A stretch of DNA of 42,665 bases from Thermodesulfobacteriota bacterium (lineage in GTDB: Bacteria > Desulfobacterota_D > UBA1144 > Nemesobacterales > N074bin48), in NCBI GenBank assembly GCA_041572575.1, contig JBFFSH010000018.1, forward strand, positions 1 through 42,665. Reading direction: 5' to 3'. Each line of letters begins with the position of its first letter. Position 1 is the stretch's first letter. Shown here piece by piece: positions 7,263 through 18,315 of this stretch. The notes under the pieces were generated by a model. That model was not told the origin of the DNA, ran no database searches, and saw only the letters and a program-made list of their open reading frames with translations. The translations under genes were made by a program, and so were the position numbers.

Positions 7263-8117
7263 TTATCTCACTATTCCTGCCGCCATGTCTTCTAATTTTT
7301 CGATTCTCTGCTCCATAGGAGGATGTGTACTAAAAAGCGCTGCCAGGCCCTTTCCCAGAAGAGGGTTAACAATAAACATATGTGCCGTGCTGTCTGCTAC
7401 CTGCTCGCTTACCTGAAGCTGCGATCTTCCTGAATACTCCCCAAGTTTTCTTAGTGCACCTGCAAGGTGTAGCGGATTGCCGCAAATCTCCGCACCGCCT
7501 TTATCCGCTAGAAATTCTCTTGTTCTTGAAAGCGCCATCCTGATGATAGTTGCTGCCAAAGGAGCAAGTATCATCATAGCAATAAGCGCTATGGGATTTC
7601 CACCCCTGTTATCATCTCTTCCACCGCCAAAAAACATTGCCATATAAGACAGGTAAGTAATAGCCGTGGATATAGTAGCAGCTATAGAGCTTATCAGAAT
7701 ATCCCTGTGTTTAATATGAGCCAGCTCATGTGCTATTACTCCTTTTAGTTCATCCATGTTTAAAATTCTCATAATCCCTGATGTAACGGCAACTGCGGAA
7801 TGATTATGGTTTCTACCGGTTGCAAATGCATTTGGAGTATCTTCTGGAATGATATAGAGCTTTGGCATTGGAAGCCCTGCATTTTGAGCAAGCTCAAGAG
7901 TCGCATTATAAAGCTCAGGAGCCTGTTCAGGAGTAACTTCCTTGGCTTTATACATAGATAGCACAATCTTATCGCTCCACCAGTAGCTTGCAAAATTCAT
8001 TGCTAGAGCTATTACTACTGCAATAGTAGCACCCGTGCTGCCACCAATAGCGCCACCCATCCAGATTATTAATGCAGATAATGAAGCAAGTAGAATTAAT
8101 GTTTTTAAAGTATTCAT
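7263..8117 (-). CDS. htpX: Zinc metalloprotease HtpX
   Basis: PNAFATGR, HELAH, SRTREFLAD, FSTHPP. Confidence 0.96.
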   Translation of the reverse strand: MNTLKTLILLASLSALIIWMGGAIGGSTGATIAVVIALAMNFASYWWSDKIVLSMYKAKEVTPEQAPELYNATLELAQNAGLPMPKLYIIPEDTPNAFATGRNHNHSAVAVTSGIMRILNMDELKGVIAHELAHIKHRDILISSIAATISTAITYLSYMAMFFGGGRDDNRGGNPIALIAMMILAPLAATIIRMALSRTREFLADKGGAEICGNPLHLAGALRKLGEYSGRSQLQVSEQVADSTAHMFIVNPLLGKGLAALFSTHPPMEQRIEKLEDMAAGIVR

Positions 8118-8164
8118 TAAACCCCCTAAATAATATATAAATAAAATTACTGAATATTAATATA

Positions 8165-8194
8165 TAATGTATATCTTAAATTTGCCGTTTCAAG
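8165..8194 (-). promoter_or_regulatory. Possible sigma32-like promoter of htpX-hspQ
   Basis: Minus strand CTTGAAA (8194-8188), about 15 nt, then ATACATTA. The -35 fits RpoH consensus and the -10 is a partial match. Both downstream genes are heat-shock genes. Confidence 0.35.
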
Positions 8195-8210
8195 GTTAAA
8201 AATATAACTT

Positions 8211-8456
8211 ATGCCTCAAATACTGATTAAAATTAAAAATAAAAGTGATACTGTGATATTCCACAGTCTGCTGGGAACATATTCTCACCTCGCCTGGGTT
8301 AGAACTGAAATCCCCGATCAGGATATTATTAGTGTTACACCAACTGATGATATGTTGGAAGAAACCATGCAGGTCCTGGATAACCTAAAACAAGAAATAG
8401 AATTTGAGGTATTGGAAGTAAAACACCTGGACAAATACGGTTTACAAAATGACTGA
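8211..8456 (+). CDS. Small protein, DUF4911-like
   Basis: 81 aa with FHSLLGTYSHLAWVRT pattern; overlaps the murJ start by 8 nt. Confidence 0.6.
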   Translation: MPQILIKIKNKSDTVIFHSLLGTYSHLAWVRTEIPDQDIISVTPTDDMLEETMQVLDNLKQEIEFEVLEVKHLDKYGLQND

Positions 8457-10002
8457 TAAAAAGACTATAGCAAAATCAGCAAGCTCTGTAAGCTTTTTTA
8501 CATTCATCAGTAGAATTCTTGGGCTTGTTCGTGATATTGTTATAACTTCACTATTTGGCGCTGGTCAGGTGACCGATGCATTTTGGGTTGCATTTAGAAT
8601 ACCAAACCTTCTAAGAAGACTTTTTGCTGAAGGCACACTAACTGTTTCATTCATACCCGTGTTTACTGAAAGACTCGAATACGGTGGTAAAGAAAAAGCA
8701 AAAGTAATTTCTGATTCCATATTTACTATACTTGTTTGTCTTCTTGTGATTATATCGCTTCTTGGAATCATCTTTTCCCCCTATATAGTAAAAATATTTG
8801 CATCTGGATTTTCTGATGATGTATTTGATCTGGCTGTAAAGCTAAACAGAATAATGTTTCCTTATATTCTCTTTATATCTATTACAGCTCTATCAATGGG
8901 AATTCTAAACTCTTTAAAGCACTTCTTTGCACCTGCATTTTCACCAGTTCTATTTAATATCTGCATTATTCTCTTTGCCCTGTTGCTTCATGACCAATTT
9001 GATATCCCCATAATTACCTTGGCTATAGGTGTAATCGCAGGAGGGTTGTTACAACTGTTTTTCCAGATTCCTTTTTTAAAGAGCAGAAACTTCTTGTTCA
9101 ACCCTAAACTTGTCCTTAATAATCCCGATGTAAGAAAAATATTCTCCCTTATTATCCCTCAGGTGTTTGGACTAGCAGTATATAACCTGAACATCATAGT
9201 TAATACACAGTATGCTTCTTACCTTCCCGAAGGAACCGTATCTTATCTATTTCTTTCTGAAAGATTAATTGAATTTCCACTTGGTATTATTGCCGTATCT
9301 CTTGCAACCGTACTTTTACCAAATTTTTCCTCTTATATCGCCAAGGGAGACCTAAATAAATTCAGAGAAACATATTTGAGCTCAATCCGAATACTTTTTT
9401 ATATTCTGGTACCTGCATGCATAGGGCTTATTGCGCTTAGTAAACCCATCTGCAATATACTTTATCAAAGGGGAGAGTTTGGTTATGAGCAGATGGTTTT
9501 TACCTCTCAGTGTCTTTTTGGCTACGCACTGGGTATGTGGGCTGTGGGTCTTATCCGGATTACAGTGCCCGCATTTTTTGCTCAAAAAGATACCAAAACT
9601 CCAGTGTATATCGCATTCACTGCCTTTATTTTAAATGCTGTACTGGGATATGTTTTAAGTTTCAAACTTGAGCTAAATCATATTGGCCTTGCTCTTTCAA
9701 GCTCAGCATCATCGGTGCTAAATATTTCACTTCTTATATACTTAATAAATAAAAAAATCGTAAATATTGAAATCGCAAGTCTGGTGGGATATATGTCTAA
9801 AATAATTCTGATTGGGACAATTATGGGAATATCTGTGTATCAATTATCACTGTTTACAGACTGGACCGGGAGTAACTTTGATATTAATAAAGTTGGAGCA
9901 CTGGGCGTTTGTCTTATTGCGGGTATTGTTATCTATAGTGGATTATCAAAAATACTTAAAATTGAAGAGTTTGATAAGATTACCAGTATGATAAAAAAAT
10001 AA
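8449..10002 (+). CDS. murJ: Lipid II flippase MurJ (MviN)
   Basis: SRILGLVRD, AFRIPNLLRRLFAEG, ERLIEFPLG; multi-TM protein. Confidence 0.97.
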   Translation: MTDKKTIAKSASSVSFFTFISRILGLVRDIVITSLFGAGQVTDAFWVAFRIPNLLRRLFAEGTLTVSFIPVFTERLEYGGKEKAKVISDSIFTILVCLLVIISLLGIIFSPYIVKIFASGFSDDVFDLAVKLNRIMFPYILFISITALSMGILNSLKHFFAPAFSPVLFNICIILFALLLHDQFDIPIITLAIGVIAGGLLQLFFQIPFLKSRNFLFNPKLVLNNPDVRKIFSLIIPQVFGLAVYNLNIIVNTQYASYLPEGTVSYLFLSERLIEFPLGIIAVSLATVLLPNFSSYIAKGDLNKFRETYLSSIRILFYILVPACIGLIALSKPICNILYQRGEFGYEQMVFTSQCLFGYALGMWAVGLIRITVPAFFAQKDTKTPVYIAFTAFILNAVLGYVLSFKLELNHIGLALSSSASSVLNISLLIYLINKKIVNIEIASLVGYMSKIILIGTIMGISVYQLSLFTDWTGSNFDINKVGALGVCLIAGIVIYSGLSKILKIEEFDKITSMIKK

Positions 10003-10095
10003 AAAACACATAGATTGGGGTTGAATAACCTTATAGTATGGGTTAACTTTAGCGCTTCAGTATCTTTTGGATTAGTTAGGGAGGAAAGCTTTATA

Positions 10096-11397
10096 ATGAA
10101 TATTTGTATGATCGGAACTGGATATGTGGGCCTTGTAACAGGGGCATGCTTTGCAGGAAGCGGTAATAATGTTGCATGTGTTGATATTGATGAAGAAAAA
10201 GTAAAAAGCCTGTCAAAAGGTAAGGTTACTTTTTTTGAACCGGGTTTAGAAGAACTGGTAAAGGAAAACTTTGACGAAGGCAGACTTACATTTACGACCG
10301 ATCTTAAGTCTGCACTTGATAAATCAGAAATTGTATTTATTGCAGTTGGAACTCCACCAAAAGAAGACGGCTCTGCCGATCTTTCCTTTGTAAGAAACGT
10401 AGCCGAGTCTATCGGCAAAAACATGACGGACTACAAAATAATTGTAACCAAAAGTACAGTTCCTGTTGGAACAAGCGAAATGATAAGAGACATAGTGAAA
10501 AAACAAACAGATATTGATTTTGATGTTGCTTCAAACCCTGAGTTTTTAAAAGAAGGTGCAGCAGTTGAAGACTTCATGAAACCAGACAGAGTTGTGATTG
10601 GAGTCGACAATGAACAAGTTGGTGAAAAGCTTAAGCAGCTTTACGAGCCGTTTATGAGATCATCTGACAGAACGCAGATCGTAAGCATTAGATCATCGGA
10701 GCTTGCAAAATATGCATCAAACGCAATGCTTGCAACAAGGATTTCTTTTATGAACGAAGTAGCAAATCTGTGTGAGAGAATAGGGGCTGATGTTTCGGAC
10801 GTAAGAAAGGCAATGGGCTCTGACAAACGAATAGGTACTGCTTTTCTTTTTCCGGGAGTTGGATATGGAGGCTCCTGCTTTCCAAAGGATGTAAAAGCTC
10901 TTATACAAACCGCAGAAGAAAGTGGGTATAAATTAAAAGTATGCAGCGCCGTGGATGAAGCCAATCAGTATCAGCGTGAAATTTTCTGGCAAAAGATTAA
11001 CAACTATTTTAACGGCAATTTAAAAAACAAAAAAATAGCGGTATGGGGAATATCATTTAAACCCAACACCGATGACATAAGAGAAGCCCCTGCACTTTAT
11101 ATAATAGAAAAACTGCTTAAAAATGGAGCCAAAATTTCTGCCCACGACCCGGTAGCCACAGAAAACGCAGAAAAAGAGCTTGGAGGCTCTATAGAATTTG
11201 TAGAGCATAACTATGATGCCTGTGAAGGTGCCGATGCGCTTGTAATACATACAGAGTGGAATCAGTACAGACAGCCTGATTTTAATAAACTTAAAGAAAT
11301 TATGAATTCACCTGTGATCTTTGACGGCAGGAATCTATATAGTCCTTCAAAACTAAAAGAGGTGGGATTTGAGTATTTTCCTTTTGGAAGAACTTAG
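10096..11397 (+). CDS. ugd: UDP-glucose 6-dehydrogenase
   Basis: GTGYVG, KSTVPVG, NPEFLKEG, GYGGSCFPKD. Start moved to ATG 10096, which has a GGAGG RBS. Confidence 0.95.
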   Translation: MNICMIGTGYVGLVTGACFAGSGNNVACVDIDEEKVKSLSKGKVTFFEPGLEELVKENFDEGRLTFTTDLKSALDKSEIVFIAVGTPPKEDGSADLSFVRNVAESIGKNMTDYKIIVTKSTVPVGTSEMIRDIVKKQTDIDFDVASNPEFLKEGAAVEDFMKPDRVVIGVDNEQVGEKLKQLYEPFMRSSDRTQIVSIRSSELAKYASNAMLATRISFMNEVANLCERIGADVSDVRKAMGSDKRIGTAFLFPGVGYGGSCFPKDVKALIQTAEESGYKLKVCSAVDEANQYQREIFWQKINNYFNGNLKNKKIAVWGISFKPNTDDIREAPALYIIEKLLKNGAKISAHDPVATENAEKELGGSIEFVEHNYDACEGADALVIHTEWNQYRQPDFNKLKEIMNSPVIFDGRNLYSPSKLKEVGFEYFPFGRT

Positions 11398-11477
11398 AAA
11401 TATTCTGTGATGATTATTAAATTTACTTACATAATACCTATTGTATAATTAGTGTTTTATTAATTTTTACTACAAAT

Positions 11478-11747
11478 ATGGAAGAAATTTTAGACGATGT
11501 TGTAATAAAACTGCCTGTTCACAAACGCCTCTGGAAGTGGTGGGTGCCTCGTGCACACAGGATTGGCAACTTTCAGGCAAGGCTTATACTCACCATTTTT
11601 TATTTCACGATGTTTATGCCCTTTGCAATTTTAGTCAGACTTTTTACTGACCCACTTCGAATTAAGCCTAAAACTGAGAAAGGCTGGATAGATAGAAATA
11701 ATGAACCGGTGGACGATTTACTTGCAAGAGCCCGAAAACAGTTTTAA
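11478..11747 (+). CDS. SxtJ-like small membrane protein
   Basis: IGNFQARLILTIFYF...DPLRIK...W...RKQF pattern. Confidence 0.65.
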   Translation: MEEILDDVVIKLPVHKRLWKWWVPRAHRIGNFQARLILTIFYFTMFMPFAILVRLFTDPLRIKPKTEKGWIDRNNEPVDDLLARARKQF

Positions 11748-11787
11748 TCTATAAGTAGTATACTGAATAAATTTTATAACTCTCTGT

Positions 11788-12483
11788 ATGAATACAGAAA
11801 CCGATTCTCTAAACAATCTTCTAGAATCTTTAATAGAACGATATGCACAAGACCCTAATAGCGATCTTATACTGGCTGGGATAAGCAAATCACAGGGGGA
11901 TATAGATAAAGCCCTGTCAATTCTGTTTGCAGCTCTTAGAAAAAATCAAAATGACATTTCAGCAAAACTCATGATTGCTGAGATATATTATGAACGCTGG
12001 ATGATAGATGAAGCAAAAAAGTATCTGGAACAATTAATAGATCAAACACCGAACAATGAAAAAGCCCTTGATATGTTAAGCAAAATATATAACAGCGAAA
12101 ACGACTCATCAAAGGCTCTGGACATTTTATATAAAAAACTAATTTTTTGTGCTAATAAATCACAGACCCTTTATGAAATAGAGAGACTAAAAAATAAGAG
12201 TTTAACTCAAAGTTCTCATTTCGATATCACAAAGAATATTAAAAACAAGCTCAGTGATTCATCTCAAAATGTAAAACATACAACACGTGAGGTAAACTTA
12301 ATAACAGAGACCATGGCAGATCTGTATATAAATCAGGGATACTACGAAAAAGCTGCAGAAATATTAGAGCAGCTTGTAAAAAAATATCCGCATGATCCCC
12401 ATCTTAAAACTAAATTTTCTTTATCTATGGCATCAAAATCCATTAGTAAAAAAAGTTTTGATGCATCAGAGGAACTTGACTAA
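11788..12483 (+). CDS. Tetratricopeptide repeat protein
   Basis: TPR-like helices and C-terminal [18 protein letters not shown]; abuts aroQ. Confidence 0.8.
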   Translation: MNTETDSLNNLLESLIERYAQDPNSDLILAGISKSQGDIDKALSILFAALRKNQNDISAKLMIAEIYYERWMIDEAKKYLEQLIDQTPNNEKALDMLSKIYNSENDSSKALDILYKKLIFCANKSQTLYEIERLKNKSLTQSSHFDITKNIKNKLSDSSQNVKHTTREVNLITETMADLYINQGYYEKAAEILEQLVKKYPHDPHLKTKFSLSMASKSISKKSFDASEELD

Positions 12484-12484
12484 A

Positions 12485-12925
12485 ATGAATATACTAATTA
12501 TACACGGCCCAAACCTGAATATGCTCGGCAAACGAGAACCCGATATATATGGAAGCACAACACTATCAGATATTAACAATCTGATAGAAATAGTAGCTAA
12601 ATCACTAAATGTTAAGACAGAATATTTTCAATCGAACAGTGAAAGTGAAATTGTTACAAAGATACAAAATTCTCTTGGGAATATTGATGGAATAGTCATT
12701 AATCCTGCAGCTTACACGCACACAAGTGTAGCAATAAGAGACGCTATTCTTTCAACCGACATACCAACGGTTGAAGTTCACATATCAAATATTTATAAAA
12801 GAGAGAAATTTAGACAAAACTCATATGTATCAGGGGTATCCTTGGGCGTAATATCCGGCTTTGGAACTTATAGCTATATTCTGGGATTAAAAGCTATAAC
12901 AAATCATTTAAAATCTAAAAAATAA
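12485..12925 (+). CDS. aroQ: Type II 3-dehydroquinate dehydratase
   Basis: [29 protein letters not shown]. Start moved to ATG 12485. Confidence 0.96.
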   Translation: MNILIIHGPNLNMLGKREPDIYGSTTLSDINNLIEIVAKSLNVKTEYFQSNSESEIVTKIQNSLGNIDGIVINPAAYTHTSVAIRDAILSTDIPTVEVHISNIYKREKFRQNSYVSGVSLGVISGFGTYSYILGLKAITNHLKSKK

Positions 12926-12935
12926 TCCAACCATA

Positions 12936-14639
12936 ATGAAAACAAGGTTGATCATACAAAAAGAAAATCAGAAGTTAAGTGAGAAAATCTCCAAAACATT
13001 GGAAATTTCCCCTATCACTGCCCAGCTGCTAATTAACAGGGGTATTAATACCGCAGAAGAAGCCCACCAGTTTTTAAACTCAAGCCTCTTTGACCTGCCA
13101 TCGCCGTTTCTTATGCACGGAATGGAAAAAGCAGTAAAGAGAATAATCCAGGCAATAGAGAACATGGAAATTATAGGTATATACGGTGACTATGATGTTG
13201 ATGGAGTTACATCCACAGCACTCTTATATAATTTTCTAAAAGAGATTGGCAGCAGAGTCACCTATTATAACCCGGACAGATTTACCGAAGGGTATGGGGT
13301 AAACATCGAAGCTATAAAAAAACTGGATAAACAGGGCGTAAAATTGATCATTTCAGGGGACTGCGGGATCACGGCAGTGCAGGAAGTGGAAAAAGCAAGA
13401 GAGCTTGGTATTGATTTTATTGTAACAGATCATCATAAACCCCCTGATCAAATCCCTGATGCTGTTGCAGTACTAAACCCTCAGCTTGGACAATGCAACT
13501 ACCCGGCAAAAGAAATTACCGGTGTGGGGGTTATATTTAATCTTGTGCTTGCACTTAGAAGAGAGCTTAGAGAATCAGGTTTTTTTGAGGGTAAGGAACC
13601 AAACCTGGGAGCTTACCTTGATCTTGTTGCCCTTGGTACTGTTGCCGACTGTGGTTCTATTACAAATGTAAACAGGATATTAGTTAAAGAGGGTCTTAAA
13701 AGAATGGGTTCTTCGAAAAGGCAAGGACTTATTGCACTAAAAGAAGCGAGCAGCATATCGGGCGAAGTAAGCTCTTTTGACATAGGCTACAGGCTTGGAC
13801 CCAGAATAAATGCATCGGGAAGATTAAATACTGCAAAAGAGGCAGTTGAATTATTTATCTCAAATAATCCGCAGACAGCAAAAGAGCTTGCTGGACTGCT
13901 CAACACTGAAAACACCAATAGACAGGGTATTGAAGCAAAAATACTAAAAGAAGCATTTTCGATGATAGACTCAGATCCCAAAATCAAAGATTCAAATTCT
14001 ATAGTTCTGGCATCAAGAAACTGGCATCAGGGGGTTATAGGAATTGTAGCATCCAGAATTGTAGATAAATATTTAAAACCCACCTTTCTTATCGCTATTG
14101 ATGATACTGGAATGGGCAAAGGCTCCGGCAGAAGTCTTGAGGGAGTAAATATATATACAGCACTTACAAAATGTGCAGGCTGCTTTGAAGAATTTGGTGG
14201 ACATGATCTAGCCGCCGGCATAGCTATAAAAGAGCAAAACATCGATCAATTTAAACTTCAGTTTGATAAAGCACTGAAAGGTTTTAAAGATAAATATGTA
14301 AAAAAAATAATAGTAGATGCCCAAATAGAGACTCATGATCTAAGCAAAGAACTAATAATGGAATTTGAAAACCTAGCACCTCATGGCATAGGAAATCCGG
14401 AACCATTATTTTTTACTAAGTCCCTAGAAGTTGTGGACAGAAAGATTTTTAAAGAAAAACATCTGAGCCTCAAACTGAAAAACACTACGAAATCCTATGA
14501 TGCTGTATGGTTTAATTGCAAACTGCAGCTTGAACCGGCAAATAAAATTGATATAGTCTATACACCGGAAATAAACAGATGGAATGGAAGTAATAATATA
14601 AGACTCAGAATCGTTGATGCAAGTAAACACGAATCATAA
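12936..14639 (+). CDS. recJ: ssDNA exonuclease RecJ
   Basis: GDYDVDG, TDHH, GTVAD, PRINASGR, GSGRS, FGGH. Confidence 0.96.
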   Translation: MKTRLIIQKENQKLSEKISKTLEISPITAQLLINRGINTAEEAHQFLNSSLFDLPSPFLMHGMEKAVKRIIQAIENMEIIGIYGDYDVDGVTSTALLYNFLKEIGSRVTYYNPDRFTEGYGVNIEAIKKLDKQGVKLIISGDCGITAVQEVEKARELGIDFIVTDHHKPPDQIPDAVAVLNPQLGQCNYPAKEITGVGVIFNLVLALRRELRESGFFEGKEPNLGAYLDLVALGTVADCGSITNVNRILVKEGLKRMGSSKRQGLIALKEASSISGEVSSFDIGYRLGPRINASGRLNTAKEAVELFISNNPQTAKELAGLLNTENTNRQGIEAKILKEAFSMIDSDPKIKDSNSIVLASRNWHQGVIGIVASRIVDKYLKPTFLIAIDDTGMGKGSGRSLEGVNIYTALTKCAGCFEEFGGHDLAAGIAIKEQNIDQFKLQFDKALKGFKDKYVKKIIVDAQIETHDLSKELIMEFENLAPHGIGNPEPLFFTKSLEVVDRKIFKEKHLSLKLKNTTKSYDAVWFNCKLQLEPANKIDIVYTPEINRWNGSNNIRLRIVDASKHES

Positions 14640-14762
14640 TTTTCAATCCACAACCAGAAATAATTTTTATTAAATACCCGAATTTAAAATTATTATTGAA
14701 TTTTTAATTATTCTGGTCATCTTTTTAACTAAAAATCAACCAAATAATTTATAAGAACAAAC

Positions 14763-15524
14763 ATGTACCCAACTCTTTTCCAAATAGGAAGTATCACGAT
14801 ATCATCATATTCTGTTATGGTAACCCTGGCCTACCTTGCAGCCTACATATTCTTAAGTCTGGAAATAAAGAGAAGAGGGCTTGATGATTCAATTGCCGAC
14901 TGGGTATTACTTGCTGCGTTATTCGGAGGACTGGGAGGAGCAAAGATACTGTTTTTATTCCAAAACGCTACATTTGCTGAGTTTATGAACGAACCCCTCA
15001 AATTTTTATCCTCAGGTCTTACTTTTCTTGGAGGTTTGATAGGAGCTTCTATTCTTATATTTGTTGTAGGAATATGGAAAAAAATTAGTTTTTGGACTCT
15101 AACAGACAGTACGGCCCCGGGACTTGTTTTAGCTTATGGCATTGGAAGGATCGGATGCCTGCTTGTGGGCGATGATTATGGTACCCCCACATCTGTGCCG
15201 TGGGCGCTGTCTTTTCCAAACGGCTCACCCCCTACTACTCAGTTAGTTCACCCTACTCAAATCTATGATACGATTTTAATGATATTCATATTTTTAATTC
15301 TCTGGGCAATCAGAAAGTCCGATTTCCCAACAGGCTGGATGTTTTCTTTAACACTTATCATTTTAGGAATACAAAGATTCTTTATAGAGTTTATCAGAAA
15401 CACCTCTCCAAGCTTCATCGATGGCCTCTCGCAAGCTCAGCTCATATCTATTGTAATATTTATATTTGGAGTACTAAACCTTCTAAGATTAAAATTTATG
15501 CTAAATAAACCTGCAATAACATAA
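14763..15524 (+). CDS. lgt: Prolipoprotein diacylglyceryl transferase
   Basis: GRIGCLLVGDDYG, HPTQIY, RFFIEFIR. Confidence 0.92.
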   Translation: MYPTLFQIGSITISSYSVMVTLAYLAAYIFLSLEIKRRGLDDSIADWVLLAALFGGLGGAKILFLFQNATFAEFMNEPLKFLSSGLTFLGGLIGASILIFVVGIWKKISFWTLTDSTAPGLVLAYGIGRIGCLLVGDDYGTPTSVPWALSFPNGSPPTTQLVHPTQIYDTILMIFIFLILWAIRKSDFPTGWMFSLTLIILGIQRFFIEFIRNTSPSFIDGLSQAQLISIVIFIFGVLNLLRLKFMLNKPAIT

Positions 15525-15539
15525 AAAAGAGCTTAACTT

Positions 15540-16862
15540 ATGCGTATAGTTATTATAGGATCGGGTGAAGTAGGAACTTTCTTAGCAAATAATCTCTCCG
15601 ATGAACACGATATTGTTATAATTGAAAAAAATAAACAACAGACAGAATATGCAAAAGAACACCTGGATGCCCTTATAATACATGGTGAGGGAGATAACCC
15701 CAATGTGCTTAAACAGGCAGAGATAGAAAAAGCAGATATAATGCTTGCTGTATCAGGAAACGACAGAACAAATATTTTAGCATCAATAATTTCACATTCT
15801 TTAGGAATAGAGAGAATAATTGCACGGATTAGAGACCCTGATTATTTTGAATATCCTCAGGTTATACAAATCCCTCAAATTACAGTTGTTAACTCAGGGT
15901 TGCTGGTTGCAGAAAAAATAGCAAACCTCATAAGCACACCTTTTGCCTGGAAAACAGAAACATTTGCATCAGGGAAAATCAGGATGCTTAAGCTTAGGAT
16001 TGAAGATAATTCTCTTATCGAAGGCAAAAAGCTTTCTGAAATGGACCCGCCTCAGGCTTGGATATTTGTAGCTATATCAAGAGATGGTGAGATTTCAATT
16101 CCAACGGGGGACACGAGACTTAAAAAAGGGGATTATGTATTTGCACTGGGGATTCCAAGTATTTCGGATAAGCTCGAAGCTCTTTTAGGGGTAAAGAGAG
16201 AAAAAGTAGATATGGCTATAATATCCGGCGGTGGCAGAGTAGGAAGGAGAGTTGCAAGGACCTTAATAGAAAATGGGATTGAAGTAAGAGTAATAGAATC
16301 AGATCACGAAAGAGCAGAACTTATAGCAGAAGAACTGCCCGAGGTAATGGTCTTTGATGGGGATGCAACAAATAAAGAGATTCTTAAGGAAGCCGGTGCC
16401 GCTCATGCTGATTACTATGTAGCACTTACCGGAGACGATGAGAAAAATGTACTAAGCGCTCTGCTTGCAAAAAACCTTGGCACAAAGAGATCAACGGTAT
16501 TATATACAAAACCAGACTATATAGATCTAATTGAATCCATAGGTGTAGACAGGGCTATAAGCGTAAGGCTCTCTACAGCAAATGAAATTTTAAGCATGCT
16601 TCACCTCAAGGGTGTGGCACATGTAGCACTTATAGAAGAAGGAAAGGCAGAAATACTTGAATTTATGATACACGAACATTCTAAAATACTTGGAGTACCA
16701 CTACACAAGGCTGGATTTCCCAAAGACTCTATTGTGGGAATCGTAGTGCGTGGAGAGGAAATAATAATTCCAAGAGGTGGCTATGTTTCCGAGATAGGTG
16801 ACATGCTTATCATCTTTTGTCTTCCAGGTGCCGTAAAAACGGTAGAAAAAATCTTATCATAG
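15540..16862 (+). CDS. trkA: Trk K+ uptake NAD-binding subunit
   Basis: Two RCK_N (GSGEVG, GGGRVG) plus RCK_C domains. Confidence 0.94.
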   Translation: MRIVIIGSGEVGTFLANNLSDEHDIVIIEKNKQQTEYAKEHLDALIIHGEGDNPNVLKQAEIEKADIMLAVSGNDRTNILASIISHSLGIERIIARIRDPDYFEYPQVIQIPQITVVNSGLLVAEKIANLISTPFAWKTETFASGKIRMLKLRIEDNSLIEGKKLSEMDPPQAWIFVAISRDGEISIPTGDTRLKKGDYVFALGIPSISDKLEALLGVKREKVDMAIISGGGRVGRRVARTLIENGIEVRVIESDHERAELIAEELPEVMVFDGDATNKEILKEAGAAHADYYVALTGDDEKNVLSALLAKNLGTKRSTVLYTKPDYIDLIESIGVDRAISVRLSTANEILSMLHLKGVAHVALIEEGKAEILEFMIHEHSKILGVPLHKAGFPKDSIVGIVVRGEEIIIPRGGYVSEIGDMLIIFCLPGAVKTVEKILS

Positions 16863-18313
16863 TGAACCTAAAACACTCTATATATATTCTTTGCAGGTTT
16901 TTAAAACTCCTTGGGCTATTAATGCTCATTCCGGCCTTCTGTTCCATTATTTATAAAGAAGATGATATATATTCATTCTTGATTTCCGGAGTAATTACAT
17001 TCTTAGTAGGTATTTCAGGTGAACAGCTTACAAAATCAGAAGCCGATATTGATGAGTTCAATAGAAAAGACGGATTCTTTATAGCAAGCTTCTGCTGGAT
17101 AAGCGCAATTGCTTTTGGCTCTATGCCGTATCTAATATACGGAGTTTTCTCAAATCCAATGGATGCATTTTTTGAATCAACAGCAGGCTTTACTACTACT
17201 GGAGCAAGCACTGTAGTAAACATAGAGATACTTCCCCACGGCATACTGTTTTGGAGAAGCTTTACTCAGTGGCTGGGTGGAATGGGAATTTTAATTTTAG
17301 CTATTGCCATCCTGCCAAAGCTTTCAGTGGGTGGTATGCAGCTTTTAAACATAGAAGCCCCGGGACCATCAGCAGAAAAGCTAACCCCGCGTATTGCTGA
17401 AACCGCTAAGCATCTATGGACGGTTTATCTCGTTTTATCTATTCTGTTATTTGTGATTTTAAATCTACTTGGACTTCCGATTTTTGATTCTATAATCCAT
17501 GTATTCAGTACAGTCTCAATAGGTGGTTTTTCCAATCAAAACTTAAGCGTGGGGGCGTATAACAGCGTTGCTGTTGAGTTTACTATAACAGCATTCATGT
17601 TTATTTCGGGGATAAACTTTGCACTACTTTTTTGGCTTTCCAGAGGTAAATTTAAAAAGCTGTATTCAAACCCGGAATTCAGGTTTTTCGTTATCATCAT
17701 TGTTGTAAGCATCACCCTGGTAACAATTGATCTGTACACATATCAGTTCTCTAATCTATTCGAATCATTCAGATACGCTGCATTTAACGTTACTTCAATT
17801 TCAACCACAACGGGATTTGTGAGCACTGACTACAACCTGTGGCCTGAGTTTTCTAAATGGTTGCTAATAATCTTGATGTTTGTGGGCGGGTGCAGCGGTT
17901 CTACATCGGGCTCTATAAAAGTAATGAGAATTATAATTCTTATAAAACATGCATTCAGAGAGATTAAGAAGAATATATATCCAAATGCCGTCCTTCCAAT
18001 AAGATTTGGTAAAAATGTGCTGGATGACAATGTAGTATCCAGCATAATAAATTTCTTCTTGATCTATATTTTTATCTTTATCTTATCCACTATAATACTA
18101 ACTCTGGATGAAGTTCCGATCATTACGGCATTTACAGCTTGCGCTGCTACTATAGGTAATGTGGGACCGGGCATGGATCTTGTAGGCCCTGCAAGTAATT
18201 ACGCAGGTCTTTCCAATTTGTCCAAGACCGTGCTTTCATTTCTTATGATAATCGGCAGACTAGAACTTTTTGCTATCCTTGTTATATTTACTCCCTCATT
18301 TTGGAAAAATTAG
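16862..18313 (+). CDS. trkH: Trk K+ uptake membrane subunit
   Basis: FTTTGAS, QWLGGMG, STTTGF, GNVGPG, GRLE. Likely GTG start at 16862 overlapping the trkA stop. Confidence 0.94.
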   Translation: MNLKHSIYILCRFLKLLGLLMLIPAFCSIIYKEDDIYSFLISGVITFLVGISGEQLTKSEADIDEFNRKDGFFIASFCWISAIAFGSMPYLIYGVFSNPMDAFFESTAGFTTTGASTVVNIEILPHGILFWRSFTQWLGGMGILILAIAILPKLSVGGMQLLNIEAPGPSAEKLTPRIAETAKHLWTVYLVLSILLFVILNLLGLPIFDSIIHVFSTVSIGGFSNQNLSVGAYNSVAVEFTITAFMFISGINFALLFWLSRGKFKKLYSNPEFRFFVIIIVVSITLVTIDLYTYQFSNLFESFRYAAFNVTSISTTTGFVSTDYNLWPEFSKWLLIILMFVGGCSGSTSGSIKVMRIIILIKHAFREIKKNIYPNAVLPIRFGKNVLDDNVVSSIINFFLIYIFIFILSTIILTLDEVPIITAFTACAATIGNVGPGMDLVGPASNYAGLSNLSKTVLSFLMIIGRLELFAILVIFTPSFWKN

Positions 18314-18315
18314 AT

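Noticed and set aside
10015..10095. Upstream extensions in the ORF track for ugd (also aroQ 12392, trkH 16817, HU 22655)
   Set aside because: Family N-termini and RBS positions support the downstream starts.
9933..10964. Antisense ORFs (163 aa, 107 aa) over ugd, and similar shadow ORFs over aroE, patatin, the macro gene and atpD
   Set aside because: They are fully antisense to well-conserved genes and have no motifs of their own.
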